Assembly (NCBI GenBank): GCA_049968255.1
Contig: JBMFRB010000002.1
Coordinates: 413,881-477,880, forward strand
Length of the DNA stretch: 64,000 nucleotides
Direction: 5' to 3'
Source of the DNA: Candidatus Sumerlaeaceae bacterium
Lineage (GTDB): Bacteria; Sumerlaeota; Sumerlaeia; Sumerlaeales; Sumerlaeaceae
The notes below the pieces were generated by a model. That model worked only from the letters and a program-made list of their open reading frames with translations. It was not told the origin of the DNA and made no database searches. A program made the position numbers and the translations under genes. This document shows, piece by piece, positions 1 to 10,085 of this stretch (position 1 is its first letter; every line of letters begins with the position of its first letter).

Positions 1-777
1 GCCGAAGCATTTGCACCACTCGTTATCGCATTGAGCTTGATCGGTATCTACTATGGCGCTGTTGTGGCCTTCGCACAGCGTGACTTCAAACGACTCGTTG
101 CTTACTCTAGCATAAGCCACCTGGGCTTTGTTGTACTTGGCCTATTTCTTGGAAACGCGGCTGGTTACCAAGGAGCAGTGCTTCAGATGGTGAATCACGG
201 CTTGGCTACGGGGGGGCTTTTCCTCTTGGCGGGAATTATTCAGCATCGGGCTCACACGCGGAATTTGGATGTTTTCGGCGGCCTATGGAAATTTGCCCCC
301 GCAATGGGAGCATTTCTCCTCTTCTTCGCATTTGCCTCTCTTGGGATTCCTGGCACTGGGAATTTTGTTGGCGAACTCTATGTGATTGCAGGGACGTTTC
401 AGTTTCACCACTTGCTTGGGGCTCTCACAGCACTCGCGGTTCTTTTCGCTGCAGCTTACTCGCTAAAGCTTTTTCTCGCTACGATGCACGGTCCAACAGT
501 TCGTCCGTGGCGTGCTTTTGAGGATCTTCACATTCACGAAGTCTTAGCGCTTGGAATCCTATGTGTCGGACTTATTGCGATCGGGCTCTATCCCAGAATC
601 GTAACCGCTCCCCTTTACTTCCCGCCGGACAGCTTGGTTCCAAAGTCTGGACGGCAGCCAGAACGAGTTTTAAGGCTCGAAGCGAGCAGGAGCACCGGGG
701 AAGACTGGCAGGCCTTTTTGGCCGCAAATCAAAATATGACCAAAGACGTTGCATTAGTTTCGGAGGCTCGTAAGTGA
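1..777 (+). CDS. nuoM: NADH-quinone oxidoreductase subunit M (5'-truncated by the window edge)
   Basis: Frame is open from base 1. Antiporter-subunit motifs DFKRLVAYSSISHLGFV, QMVNHG and GIPGTGNFVGE. Overlaps the nuoN start. Confidence 0.9.
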   Translation, partial: AEAFAPLVIALSLIGIYYGAVVAFAQRDFKRLVAYSSISHLGFVVLGLFLGNAAGYQGAVLQMVNHGLATGGLFLLAGIIQHRAHTRNLDVFGGLWKFAPAMGAFLLFFAFASLGIPGTGNFVGELYVIAGTFQFHHLLGALTALAVLFAAAYSLKLFLATMHGPTVRPWRAFEDLHIHEVLALGILCVGLIAIGLYPRIVTAPLYFPPDSLVPKSGRQPERVLRLEASRSTGEDWQAFLAANQNMTKDVALVSEARK

Positions 778-2174
778 CGGAATACCTTCGCTATCTCCCA
801 GACCTGATTCTCGGCATTGGCGGGACAGCTACCCTTCTTGTCGGCGCATGGCGTGAGACAAAAGCAGGCCGCGAGTTCGTCCGTTGGGTCGCACTGCTTT
901 CGTTCGTACTCGCAGGTTGCGCGGTTCTTTACGCTGCGACACTCCCACCGAGCGGAGGGTGGCTCATGTCGTCACCCCTGGCTAAGCGCTTCTCCCTTTT
1001 ATTCGTATGCATAGGAGCGTGGATTGTCCTCGTAGAACCGCCTCCTCTGCTGCGAGCCGGTGAATGGTATGCTCTCCTTCAGTTCGCGGTCATTGGAATG
1101 CTTGTTCTTGCGCGAAGTGCGAATTTGGCTGCTCTCTTTTTGGGCATCGAAATACTCTCGCTCGCCTTGTACGTGCTTGTCGCATTCCGCTACGCAAATC
1201 GCGTGTCCATTCGGGGCGGAGTGCTGTACTTGATTCTTGCTAGTTTTGCCAGTGCCTTTCTGGCCTTAGGTGTGGCATTTATCTACGCTGCGTACGGCAC
1301 ACTGGAAATCGGCAAAATTGCAGAGTTCAAGGAAGCCCCATCGCTTTTGAGTTTTCTCGGACATGTTGGCGTCGGCCTCTTTCTCGTCGGGGCTGGCTTT
1401 AAGCTAGCTGTGGTGCCGTTTCACATGTGGGCGCCCGATGTCTACGAGGCCGCTCCATCGATCATCAGTGGCGTGATTGCTTCAGCTTCAAAAGGTGCCA
1501 CGCTTGCAGCCCTTGTCCCCCTCGCATTCCTCTTTGTTCCCCATACCTCGACGCTTTACCTTATCATTTTGGGCACTGTGGTAGGTGGCAACTTGTTGGG
1601 TTTGCTCGAACAACGCCCCAAGCGGATTCTCGCTTATTCATCGATTGCCCATGTCGGTTATCTTCTGACGGGCTATCTCGCTTTTGTGAGTGCTGCACAC
1701 GATTCCGCTCTAAGCGCACAGCTCTTACAGGCACTCTTCTTTTACATTGTGGGATATTCTTTAGCAGCACTCGGCGCATTCGCCGTCCTGTCGCAGTTTG
1801 AAGATGGCCGACCGATTTACCTGAGAGATCTCCGTGGGCTTCTCAAACGCCATCCGTTGGCGGCATGGCTATTGATGGTGTTCATTGTAAGCCTCGCGGG
1901 GATTCCCCCAACGATCGGGTTCCTCAGCAAATTTTATCTTTTTCTTACTGCTGTAAAGGCCGGTTATCTCTGGCTTGTGGTGTGGGCTCTCGTCGGCACA
2001 GCCATCGGGGTTTTTTATTACACGCGGATTCTGGCGCAACTTTTCATGTCCGCCTCGGAGGGGGTTGAAATAAAGGTGCAACACGATCAGCTACGAGATG
2101 TTGTTCTCACACTTACGGCTGGTCTCACGATTCTTTGGGGGATAACGCCACACTTTCTTCTGTCGTATTTATAA
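774..2174 (+). CDS. nuoN: NADH-quinone oxidoreductase subunit N
   Basis: FKLAVVPFHMWAPDVYEAAP, KRILAYSSIAHVGY and SLAGIPPTIGFLSKF motifs; follows nuoM. Confidence 0.92.
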   Translation: MTEYLRYLPDLILGIGGTATLLVGAWRETKAGREFVRWVALLSFVLAGCAVLYAATLPPSGGWLMSSPLAKRFSLLFVCIGAWIVLVEPPPLLRAGEWYALLQFAVIGMLVLARSANLAALFLGIEILSLALYVLVAFRYANRVSIRGGVLYLILASFASAFLALGVAFIYAAYGTLEIGKIAEFKEAPSLLSFLGHVGVGLFLVGAGFKLAVVPFHMWAPDVYEAAPSIISGVIASASKGATLAALVPLAFLFVPHTSTLYLIILGTVVGGNLLGLLEQRPKRILAYSSIAHVGYLLTGYLAFVSAAHDSALSAQLLQALFFYIVGYSLAALGAFAVLSQFEDGRPIYLRDLRGLLKRHPLAAWLLMVFIVSLAGIPPTIGFLSKFYLFLTAVKAGYLWLVVWALVGTAIGVFYYTRILAQLFMSASEGVEIKVQHDQLRDVVLTLTAGLTILWGITPHFLLSYL

Positions 2175-2243
2175 AGTTGCGTATAGTAGCTCTGTTCCCT
2201 AGATTTCGAGATGCGGACGATGGGCGCTGCAGTGTGAGGTAGT

Positions 2244-3884
2244 GTGAATGGTGACTGCGCGATGAAGGCCACGTCAGGTTGGCAAGCTTGCTTTTTGCTC
2301 GCGCTGGTCTATCTTCTCGTCACTCCGCATGTCCTTGGGGCGACACTTCGCCTAGTGAACGGCAAAGTTTTTCGCGGCGAAATTGTTGCTGAAACCACTC
2401 ATGCTTTACATGTCAAAACCGCTTTCGGAATCATCAAGCTTGCACGCCGCGATGTTCTTCAGTTGGAAAACGATGATGGAGCAGCTCGACGGCATTTTGC
2501 TGTGCAGCTTCTCGATTCCCTTGAATTAGGAAATTTTCCCAAAGCCCTAAAAACCTTAAATGCTACCGCGATATCCGCAGATGGTTTGGAACTAGCCGAA
2601 ACTGACCGGCTTCTGCTGGAGAAGTTTGATTTCCTTGTTGAGTTTGCGAAAGCGCAGCCCCAGGTGGCGCTTTCTGCGTTGTTCGATTACATCCTGAATC
2701 GTCCATCGCCGCCTCCTCCATTACTCTTTGCCAGAACCTTTAGACTGGCCCTTTCCAACGATGGAACATCGAGCGCTTTGAGCCTTCTCTTACCGGTCCT
2801 GCGACGCGGCTGGATCTCGCTTTGCGACCAGGAGATACTTGGCCAGGCCCTTGAGGCTTGCGGTGGCAACGAAGATATTCCGGCCAGTGATCGCCTGCTG
2901 ATTGCGACCGCTGCGGCTAGGATTGCGGATGTTCAGAGCCCAACCGGCCAAAGCTTAGAGACAAAAGCGCTGTCAGTTGCTGCTGAGGGCCTTCTCGATC
3001 TTCTTGTCAATGGTCCCCAAAATGAATTCTCCGGGTCCTTCAGTAATCCGGCAGAATGCGATCTTCCTACTTCTTTCTCAGAAAGCGAATTACCAGTGCT
3101 ATTTCAACAACTGACCAGCTTAGCTCAGTCCAGAAATTCGACAGAGACTCTTGTTCTGTGCTGCGAATGGATCGAAACAAATGCCAAACTTGCGCCGCGA
3201 TTTGATCTGCGGGGAACTTTGCGAACGCACCATACATTATTGCTGCAATGTGGAAATTTCAATGCAGCGCGGCAGCTCGCCATTCGTTCGGAGACCTGGG
3301 ACCCGGATGTGGCAGCGGAACTACTTTTGAAAACGAAGTTTTTCGAGGAAAAGGCAAAGCTGGCGCCAGACGATCAAGTGGCACGCTACCGCTTGGCCAA
3401 ATGGGCTTACGAGATGGGCCTCGTCGAACTCGCCCTTGACGAGTTCCGGAGGCTTTGCGCATCTAAACAGCTCGGGCGGGCCTGTTACCTTTATCTCAAA
3501 GCCAACAAAATCCAGCGCGACGCCGAGGTACTCCAACACGCACTCGATCTCTTTCGCATGGGACTCTATTCGGCTGCCGCTCACACAGCTGGGGAGCTCA
3601 CCCAGCCACAAGAAAAATCTGACCTGACGACTGAAACGGCCCTTGTCGTTGCGCTCGCAAAACGCTTGGCGGATTCCGCACCTCAGCGGGAGAAACTCAA
3701 AGCGGCTTCGCTACTCCAACAAGCGGAGCGTCTTGCATTACGCCAGGATTACTCCACCGCAGCCTCCCTTTTGGAAACCGCGAAACAAACGTGTCCGTCC
3801 ACCGAAATTTCGGCGGCAATTTCCGCCATCATCCGAAAATTCCCACGACTGCGCGAACAAGTGACCGCCCCTCCCACAAATTAG
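2244..3884 (+). CDS. Secreted helical-repeat (TPR-like) hypothetical protein
   Basis: Signal-peptide-like N-terminus. Small beta domain LRLVNGKVFRGEIVAET..KTAFGII and motif ARYRLAKWAYEMGL resemble PVC-group TPR proteins. Alternative ATG at 2262. Confidence 0.6.
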   Translation: MNGDCAMKATSGWQACFLLALVYLLVTPHVLGATLRLVNGKVFRGEIVAETTHALHVKTAFGIIKLARRDVLQLENDDGAARRHFAVQLLDSLELGNFPKALKTLNATAISADGLELAETDRLLLEKFDFLVEFAKAQPQVALSALFDYILNRPSPPPPLLFARTFRLALSNDGTSSALSLLLPVLRRGWISLCDQEILGQALEACGGNEDIPASDRLLIATAAARIADVQSPTGQSLETKALSVAAEGLLDLLVNGPQNEFSGSFSNPAECDLPTSFSESELPVLFQQLTSLAQSRNSTETLVLCCEWIETNAKLAPRFDLRGTLRTHHTLLLQCGNFNAARQLAIRSETWDPDVAAELLLKTKFFEEKAKLAPDDQVARYRLAKWAYEMGLVELALDEFRRLCASKQLGRACYLYLKANKIQRDAEVLQHALDLFRMGLYSAAAHTAGELTQPQEKSDLTTETALVVALAKRLADSAPQREKLKAASLLQQAERLALRQDYSTAASLLETAKQTCPSTEISAAISAIIRKFPRLREQVTAPPTN

Positions 3885-3926
3885 CGGCTCACGGCGGCAT
3901 ATTTTGTGCATTCGGTAATCACGAGC

Positions 3927-5279
3927 CTATGTCTCGATTCCGAGCTCCTTGAGACGTCGAATGAGCGTCCGCCTCGAGATTCCCAAAATAGCTGCAGCTT
4001 GGGTCCGATTTCCAGAGGTGGACTCCAGGGTGCGGAGAATAGCCTGCCGTTCCAACTCGTCGAGTGGAATACCCAGTGGCACTTCCAGGCGCTCTTGCGG
4101 GCGCTCTAGAAGCTCGGGAGGCAAGTCTTGCGCGGTAATGGTCGGGGACTGCGCAAAAATCACTAGTGTTTCGATTGTGTTGCGGAGCTGTCTTACATTG
4201 CCCGGCCAATGATAAGCTTGAAGCTTTTGCAGGGCATCTTGTGTGAGAGAAAGTTCGGGTTTTCCGTGTTCCTTCGCAAACTCTCTTAAGAAATAAGCCA
4301 CAAGTAATGGAATATCAGATCGTCGTGTTCGCAATGGCGGCACTGTAATCTTTACGACATTGAGCCGATAATAGAGGTCTTCGCGAAAGCGCCCTTCTTC
4401 TACTTCTTCTTGAAGATTGCGATTGGTCGCCGCAATAATGCGGATATCGACCCGATGGGGCACGGTTCCGCCCACATGCATAAACTCGCGTGTCTCAAGG
4501 ACGCGGAGCAATTTGACCTGAGTGGCAAGAGGGATTTCTCCAATCTCGTCTAAGAACAAAGTCCCGCCATCAGCAAGTTCGATGAGACCAGCCTTCTTTG
4601 TTGTCGCCCCAGTGAAAGCTCCCTTTTCATAGCCGAAAAGTTCACTCTCCACCAAGGTTTCGCAGAGTGCTCCGCAGTGGATAGGAATGAATGGCTTGTT
4701 GGCACGCCGAGAATTCTTATGAATAGCACGAGCCACGAGCTCTTTGCCCGTTCCACTCTCGCCCTCAACCAGGACAGTGGCCGCAGTGTCAGCCACGATC
4801 CGCAACTGTTCGAGGAGCTTTCTAATTTCTGGTGACTCCCCGACGATCTCGTCGAAGCCTGCCCGTCCAGCTAATTGCCGACGAAGGACGACATTTTCCT
4901 TTTTCAGGCGCTGGTGTTCCATCGCCCGTTGCACCTGAATCCGTAGCTCGGAGAGATTCACCGGCTTCGTGAGGTAATTCAGGGCACCTGCTCTAAGTGC
5001 TTCGACCGCCGACTCAATAGTTCCATAGGCAGTCAATAAGATGACAGATGGAGGCGTCTCCATGTTCCTTGTGGCTTGGAGAACTTCGATCCCCGAAATG
5101 TCCGGCAGACGTAAGTCGCAAACCATGACGTCGATGTCTTTGGCATCCAACATCTGGAGTGCCTGTTTCCCAGAGCTAGCCGTCAGCACATCGTAACCGG
5201 ATCGAGTAAATGCGAGGTCGAGGCTTTTCAGGCTTTCTTCGTTATCATCAACTATAAGAAGCTTCCCTTCTCCTGGCAT
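3927..5279 (-). CDS. Sigma-54-dependent NtrC/AtoC/PilR-family response regulator
   Basis: Receiver domain (LLIVDD, CDLRLP), Walker A GESGTGKE, GAFTGA loop, LFLDEIGE, WPGNVRQL and a C-terminal Fis HTH. Confidence 0.95.
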   Translation of the reverse strand: MPGEGKLLIVDDNEESLKSLDLAFTRSGYDVLTASSGKQALQMLDAKDIDVMVCDLRLPDISGIEVLQATRNMETPPSVILLTAYGTIESAVEALRAGALNYLTKPVNLSELRIQVQRAMEHQRLKKENVVLRRQLAGRAGFDEIVGESPEIRKLLEQLRIVADTAATVLVEGESGTGKELVARAIHKNSRRANKPFIPIHCGALCETLVESELFGYEKGAFTGATTKKAGLIELADGGTLFLDEIGEIPLATQVKLLRVLETREFMHVGGTVPHRVDIRIIAATNRNLQEEVEEGRFREDLYYRLNVVKITVPPLRTRRSDIPLLVAYFLREFAKEHGKPELSLTQDALQKLQAYHWPGNVRQLRNTIETLVIFAQSPTITAQDLPPELLERPQERLEVPLGIPLDELERQAILRTLESTSGNRTQAAAILGISRRTLIRRLKELGIET

Positions 5280-5293
5280 GTTATCTGTTATCC

Positions 5294-6706
5294 CTACATG
5301 ACTTGAGATTCGCGCGGGAGGCGAACGGTAACGACAACCCCCCGGCTGGCTTGATTGGTGACTTCAAGATTTCCGCCGTGTTCACAGATAATTTTGTGCG
5401 TTATGGCGAGCCCCAAGCCAGTCCCTCCTTTTTTCGTGGTGTAAAAGGCTTCGAAAATGTGTGGCAAATGCTCGGGGGGAATACCTGAACCCGAATCCGC
5501 AATGGTGAGACAAATTTCTTCTTTGCCGACACGAATTGTGATGTCAACGTGCTTTCGGACACTGTTGGCCACGGCCTGGATAGCATTGAGAAAAATGTTG
5601 CGCAAGGCTTGGTGAATGAGGCGTCGATCGCCTTCTATCGTCGTTTCCGCTAAAGGCGGTGAATCAATTGTCCATGTAATTGCTTTTGCTTCTAGCTCTG
5701 GACGGTGTGCATCAACAAGTTCCTGAATAACTCCCAAGAGTGGAAACCGCGTGACACTTTCCCTCGTGGGGAGTGCAAACTCGAGAAACCGAGTCAACGT
5801 CTGGTTGAGCTGTTCTATTTCACTGCGAACGCGGCGCAGAAGCTCACTTACCGAAGATTTTTTTGCGGCTTCGTCGCCATTTCCGGCCAAATCTTCTTCG
5901 GCCAACTGCAAGTTGATACTCATGGCGTTGAGGGGATTGCGGATTTCATGGGCAAGCCCGGAAGCGAGTGTCCCCACGTAAGCCATTTGCGCCAGTTCTG
6001 CATTGCGTGTGACGACCTGCATATGACGACGGACTAAGACCCAGACCATCCAAAACACGGCCAGAAATACCCCAAATAAGAGGATCGCCTGGATCGCGAG
6101 GGCCCGTGTAATCTGCTGGCTTGTAGCTTCGATACGCCCATAAGACACGCTGTCGGTCAAGCGAAGTCGAATCTCGCCGACCTGTTTTCCGTCATGCTCA
6201 ATGACTTGATGAATTTCTCGACCATCCTGAGCTGTGCCACTTTGGCGCACAATCACATCAACGTGCTGTTTCGTATCGACAGGTACCTGCCCCTTGTAGC
6301 TTCTATCGCCCACAGCGCGGGTTCGGAATGTTTGCTCAGCATCATTGGTCTGCTCGATAACGTAGACTCCTGTTTGGGGATCAAAAATTCCAGCCCACAC
6401 GATTTTTCTATTTTGCTGCAAAATGACTTGGGTAAGGGGCCGGAGCCGCTCGGCAATTCCCCCCCCGCTCAACGACGAGGCTTTCTCCTCGCGCATCAGC
6501 TGGATGATTTCTCGGGCCAACTGGCGGGCCTGTTCTTGGGCAAGTTCCACAGCTGCCTTTACGTTACGCTTTTGAAGAGCATTAATATAGTAGCTCCCCG
6601 CCGAAAAAAGCAGAAATGCCGAAAGCAGACTTCCCGCTGCAAACGCGAGAAAAAGCTTGGCCTGAAATGTCAGGCGAAGGCGTTCAGGAATGGGGCGCTT
6701 TGTCAT
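5294..6706 (-). CDS. Membrane sensor histidine kinase, cognate of the adjacent regulator
   Basis: Two TM segments around a periplasmic domain; H-box LAHEIRNPL, N-box NIFLNAIQA, DSGSG and GGTGLGL. ATG at 6706 preferred over 6817, which overlaps the upstream gene more. Confidence 0.92.
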   Translation of the reverse strand: MTKRPIPERLRLTFQAKLFLAFAAGSLLSAFLLFSAGSYYINALQKRNVKAAVELAQEQARQLAREIIQLMREEKASSLSGGGIAERLRPLTQVILQQNRKIVWAGIFDPQTGVYVIEQTNDAEQTFRTRAVGDRSYKGQVPVDTKQHVDVIVRQSGTAQDGREIHQVIEHDGKQVGEIRLRLTDSVSYGRIEATSQQITRALAIQAILLFGVFLAVFWMVWVLVRRHMQVVTRNAELAQMAYVGTLASGLAHEIRNPLNAMSINLQLAEEDLAGNGDEAAKKSSVSELLRRVRSEIEQLNQTLTRFLEFALPTRESVTRFPLLGVIQELVDAHRPELEAKAITWTIDSPPLAETTIEGDRRLIHQALRNIFLNAIQAVANSVRKHVDITIRVGKEEICLTIADSGSGIPPEHLPHIFEAFYTTKKGGTGLGLAITHKIICEHGGNLEVTNQASRGVVVTVRLPRESQVM

Positions 6707-7106
6707 CGCTTGTTTCGCTAGCACGCTCAGGAGCTTGCTTTTGCGCCAAGATGGCGCGGTCCATCTCAGAGAGCGATTTCCGTGCCGCGCAGTTGAGGGT
6801 GTCGGCAATATCCGCAAGCGAGATGATGAGGAGGAACAGCGTCAGTCCGCCAAGAACAGCCGCATAAACCAGGGTAGGACCAACCCCTCGAATCGGCAAG
6901 ACCTTTCGTGCCTCTAGGGTCAGAATAAGACCTATTAGGCCCAGAAGTCCGCTGAGGACCAACCGCCGGCGCAAACGACGCGGCGTGACGAACCACACAT
7001 CGCGCTCTGGATTGCGCTGCTGAGCAATCTCCCACCACGTCAGAATTGCCGCGGAGCCTAACAGAATCAGGCCAAAGGCATCCGATACTGTGTCCTGAAG
7101 AGACAT
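6684..7106 (-). CDS. Small 3-TM hypothetical membrane protein
   Basis: Three hydrophobic segments; lies in the operon between the epimerase and the kinase. Confidence 0.65.
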   Translation of the reverse strand: MSLQDTVSDAFGLILLGSAAILTWWEIAQQRNPERDVWFVTPRRLRRRLVLSGLLGLIGLILTLEARKVLPIRGVGPTLVYAAVLGGLTLFLLIISLADIADTLNCAARKSLSEMDRAILAQKQAPERASETSDDKAPHS

Positions 7107-7171
7107 TTTACTCTACATTAGAGTTTGCGTGACGACTTATTTTTACAGACGAACCATGAGTGGCTCTGCCA

Positions 7172-8140
7172 TTAGACGCCCAACTTCAGAATAACATCTT
7201 CGATGTAGCGAGCCTCGGCCGCTAAGCCTTTTTCGATCGCGACGCGGGGCTGAAACCCAAGGTCATTGGCTGCGCGAGTAACATCAGCCCCCGTGTGAGT
7301 CACATCTCCTTTTTCCCGCCCCGCTTGCGTCACATTTGGGCGGCGTCCCGTAACCTTTTCCACAAGTTCGATAACCTGATTCATGGAGAGCCGACTGCCA
7401 CCGCCGATATTGTAAACTGCGCCGGCCTTTCCGTGATTGGCAGCCAAAATGTTTGCCTCGACGATGTCCGAAATATAGGTGAAATCACGAGTCTGTTCGC
7501 CGCTGCCAAAGAGGATAAACTCCTTGCCTGTGAGTGCCGATTTTAACAATCGGTGGAATGCCATGTCAGGGCGCTGACGCGGACCGTAAACAGTGAAGTA
7601 ACGAAGGCTCACAGTAGGGAGACCATAATTGTGAGTGTAGAGCCGAACAAGGTGTTCCGCAGCCAACTTCGTCACTCCATAAGGCGACACCGGTTGCGGG
7701 AGATCTGTCTCCTGCATCGGGAATTTCTGTGTTTCGCCGTAGACCGAGGACGAAGACGCGTAAACAAAACGCACATCATCTCGTCCCTTACATGCTTCTA
7801 AGAGCTTTTGGGTGGCCAGCACATTGCACGTCGTGTACGTTTCAAAGTAGCTTCCCCAACTTGCACGCACACCGGCTTGCGCAGCCAGGTGAAACACTGC
7901 AGCCACGCCCTCCAGCAGCTCGGCAGCCTTTGCAGGCAGGCTGAAGAGTTCGCCCACTTCGGTTTCGATAAAGCGAAACTTTTCAAAAGAGCGAAGCTGA
8001 TCGAGATTCCATGTTTTGATTTCGCGGGGGTAATACGGAATAAAGCAGTCAATCCCAATCACTTCATGGCCGCGCTCAAGTAATGTTTGCGCGAGAGATG
8101 AGCCGATGAAACCGGCAACACCGGTCACGACGTATCGCAT
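7172..8140 (-). CDS. NAD-dependent nucleotide-sugar epimerase/dehydratase (UDP-glucuronate 4-epimerase-like)
   Basis: TGVAGFIG, HLAAQAGVR, YASSSSVYG, YGVTK (YxxxK) and YFTVYGPRQRPDM. Confidence 0.9.
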   Translation of the reverse strand: MRYVVTGVAGFIGSSLAQTLLERGHEVIGIDCFIPYYPREIKTWNLDQLRSFEKFRFIETEVGELFSLPAKAAELLEGVAAVFHLAAQAGVRASWGSYFETYTTCNVLATQKLLEACKGRDDVRFVYASSSSVYGETQKFPMQETDLPQPVSPYGVTKLAAEHLVRLYTHNYGLPTVSLRYFTVYGPRQRPDMAFHRLLKSALTGKEFILFGSGEQTRDFTYISDIVEANILAANHGKAGAVYNIGGGSRLSMNQVIELVEKVTGRRPNVTQAGREKGDVTHTGADVTRAANDLGFQPRVAIEKGLAAEARYIEDVILKLGV

Positions 8141-8158
8141 TCTGAGATATTTCTCCTT

Positions 8159-9049
8159 CTAGTTTTTGCGGGGGGACAAGGGACTTGCTGCTGTCGGGGA
8201 CTTTTTTTTCTCTGGCTGAGACAGTTCTTCCATCTGGCGGCGATCGGTCGGATCTATCTTCTTTGGCTCATTTGTGCCCGTTTGAGCTGGGGAGCTTGCA
8301 GAGCCGCCTTCCATGCCCAGCACTGGAACAAGTTTTACTGAGGAGGTGGTTTTGCTCTCAGCCGCTATCGGTGTGGACGCGCCCGTTTCCTCCCCTCCGC
8401 TCGCCGGGAGGGCGCCTTGCTTCGGCTCAAGAATCATCGCGCGCGCACCGCCGCTGCCTGGTGTGGCCACGACGTTTGGCGCTGTAGCAACCTGACTCAT
8501 CTTTGGTCGAACACGTCCGGCGCCTTGGACCTTCATCTGTGCTTTGCCGTCAACAATATCCACGATAATCTTATCGGCTGCTGTTGTCTGGACTTTGCCA
8601 TCTTTGGTCTTGTTATATACGACAGCGTTTCCAATAAACTCGCTGTGTTGTTTGTCGGGGTAATACTTGAACAACTTGCATGTGATGATGAGGTCGCCTT
8701 GGCGCACTACTACGCGCTTGCCGGTCGCCGTGAGCTCGCCTTTAATTGCTTTATAATCTAGGCGGTCCGCATTGAGCGTCATGTCCTCACTTGTGAAGAC
8801 TACGCCCTTTTTCGCCTCTAACGAATCGAGCTCGTTGTTCTCGTTGAACTTGTAAACAAATTCACCGTCAGGATCCGTTGTGAGGGAGAACGGTTTGTTG
8901 CCGCGCAATACTCCTGTTTGCTCTTCCGGAGCTGGTTTTCGTGGCGCCTCAATCTGAGGCATAGGCTCTGGCTTCTCCTGCTGCGCCCAGGTTGGCGTCG
9001 CAAGAAGCGTTCCAAGAGCCACGGCTACAGCGAAGGTTTGCGTGCGCAT
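8159..9049 (-). CDS. LptA/OstA-like beta-jellyroll periplasmic protein
   Basis: Signal peptide; repeated LNADRLDY / ITCKLFKY / AADKIIVD strands typical of OstA; GAGG RBS; next to an LptC-like gene; low-complexity C-tail. Confidence 0.65.
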   Translation of the reverse strand: MRTQTFAVAVALGTLLATPTWAQQEKPEPMPQIEAPRKPAPEEQTGVLRGNKPFSLTTDPDGEFVYKFNENNELDSLEAKKGVVFTSEDMTLNADRLDYKAIKGELTATGKRVVVRQGDLIITCKLFKYYPDKQHSEFIGNAVVYNKTKDGKVQTTAADKIIVDIVDGKAQMKVQGAGRVRPKMSQVATAPNVVATPGSGGARAMILEPKQGALPASGGEETGASTPIAAESKTTSSVKLVPVLGMEGGSASSPAQTGTNEPKKIDPTDRRQMEELSQPEKKKSPTAASPLSPRKN

Positions 9050-9133
9050 TTTCTGATTACCTCGTTTTCTTCATCTCACTCGTGCTATGCACAGCGGCCG
9101 AGTGTCAAACGCTAAGGGAAGCCATGACGCCAA

Positions 9134-9949
9134 TTACTGCTGCGGAACAAACATTCGGTGAAGCTGACGTCCAACGGGCAACGTGGCAGAAGTCATGGCT
9201 GAGTCGCCGACCGGTGGCCTCTGGTTTGAGGACATCGCGGGTTCATCTGCTGCCGTTTGCCCGGATGTTTGCACTCCAGACTGCGGCGCATCTGGCACCT
9301 CAGCCGCCAGTGCCAAACTTTTTGCTGCATTCGACGCGCGGAAATCATCTGTAGTCGCAAAGGTGGCTAAGCCTCCATGCTTCACATTCCAGTTTCGCAA
9401 ATCACGTGAAGCAACAAAAGCATCGCCAATCGCTACGAGTGGAGATTTTCCGGGGACATTGAGCGTCATGCGGTAAAAACTATTTGCCTCAAATATTTGG
9501 GTTGCTGCTCGCCACGCGAGGTTTTCAGTTTCAATGATAACGGAAGCCGTTGTGGGATCGCTTTTCGCCGGAACCACGTGACGCACGTTCCCGGTCATTT
9601 CCATATCGCCTTTTTGGTGCTTTTTCGAGGCATCCCCAGCCAGATAAAACACTGCTGTTGTGGCACTCGTTTTAGCAGCAATCGTAGTGTCTCGATCACG
9701 ACTTTCGATCCTCGGATGTGCAAGAACAAGCAATCCTTTGCCCTCGAATAATGTTCCTTCCGCGGCTAAAATACGGTTCTTTACGAGCGTGCCAGAAGTG
9801 ACTTGCGCGTCAACGCCACGCAGCACAATGGCTTGGCGAGGATCATCGTTGGTGGCAGGGGCACTGCCTGTGACGAACTTCATCTCAGTGCATCCCGACG
9901 TGAGAAGCAACGCAGCGCCGGCCACTATTCGTGTCAGCCTCATCGACAT
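9134..9949 (-). CDS. LptC-like lipoprotein
   Basis: Lipobox LLLTSG-C; LptC-like strands (MEMTGNV, IETENLAW, VAIGDAFVASRDL); upstream of the LptA-like gene. Confidence 0.55.
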   Translation of the reverse strand: MSMRLTRIVAGAALLLTSGCTEMKFVTGSAPATNDDPRQAIVLRGVDAQVTSGTLVKNRILAAEGTLFEGKGLLVLAHPRIESRDRDTTIAAKTSATTAVFYLAGDASKKHQKGDMEMTGNVRHVVPAKSDPTTASVIIETENLAWRAATQIFEANSFYRMTLNVPGKSPLVAIGDAFVASRDLRNWNVKHGGLATFATTDDFRASNAAKSLALAAEVPDAPQSGVQTSGQTAADEPAMSSNQRPPVGDSAMTSATLPVGRQLHRMFVPQQ

Positions 9950-10018
9950 CTTTTCCAACTATACAGCCGAATGCATTTTGACTTGCAGGTTTCTTCCAGT
10001 TGAGGGCGCGAAAACCTA

Positions 10019-10048
10019 TTGAACAGCCCTTGTGCTGCAAGGTAAACT
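10019..10048 (+). promoter_or_regulatory. Putative sigma-70 promoter of pilC (TTGAAC-18-TAAACT)
   Basis: Hexamers with an 18-nt spacer about 40 nt upstream of the ATG. Confidence 0.35.
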
Positions 10049-10085
10049 TGGTAATAAGGCAAAGAAGGATTGGGAGCCGACGATC

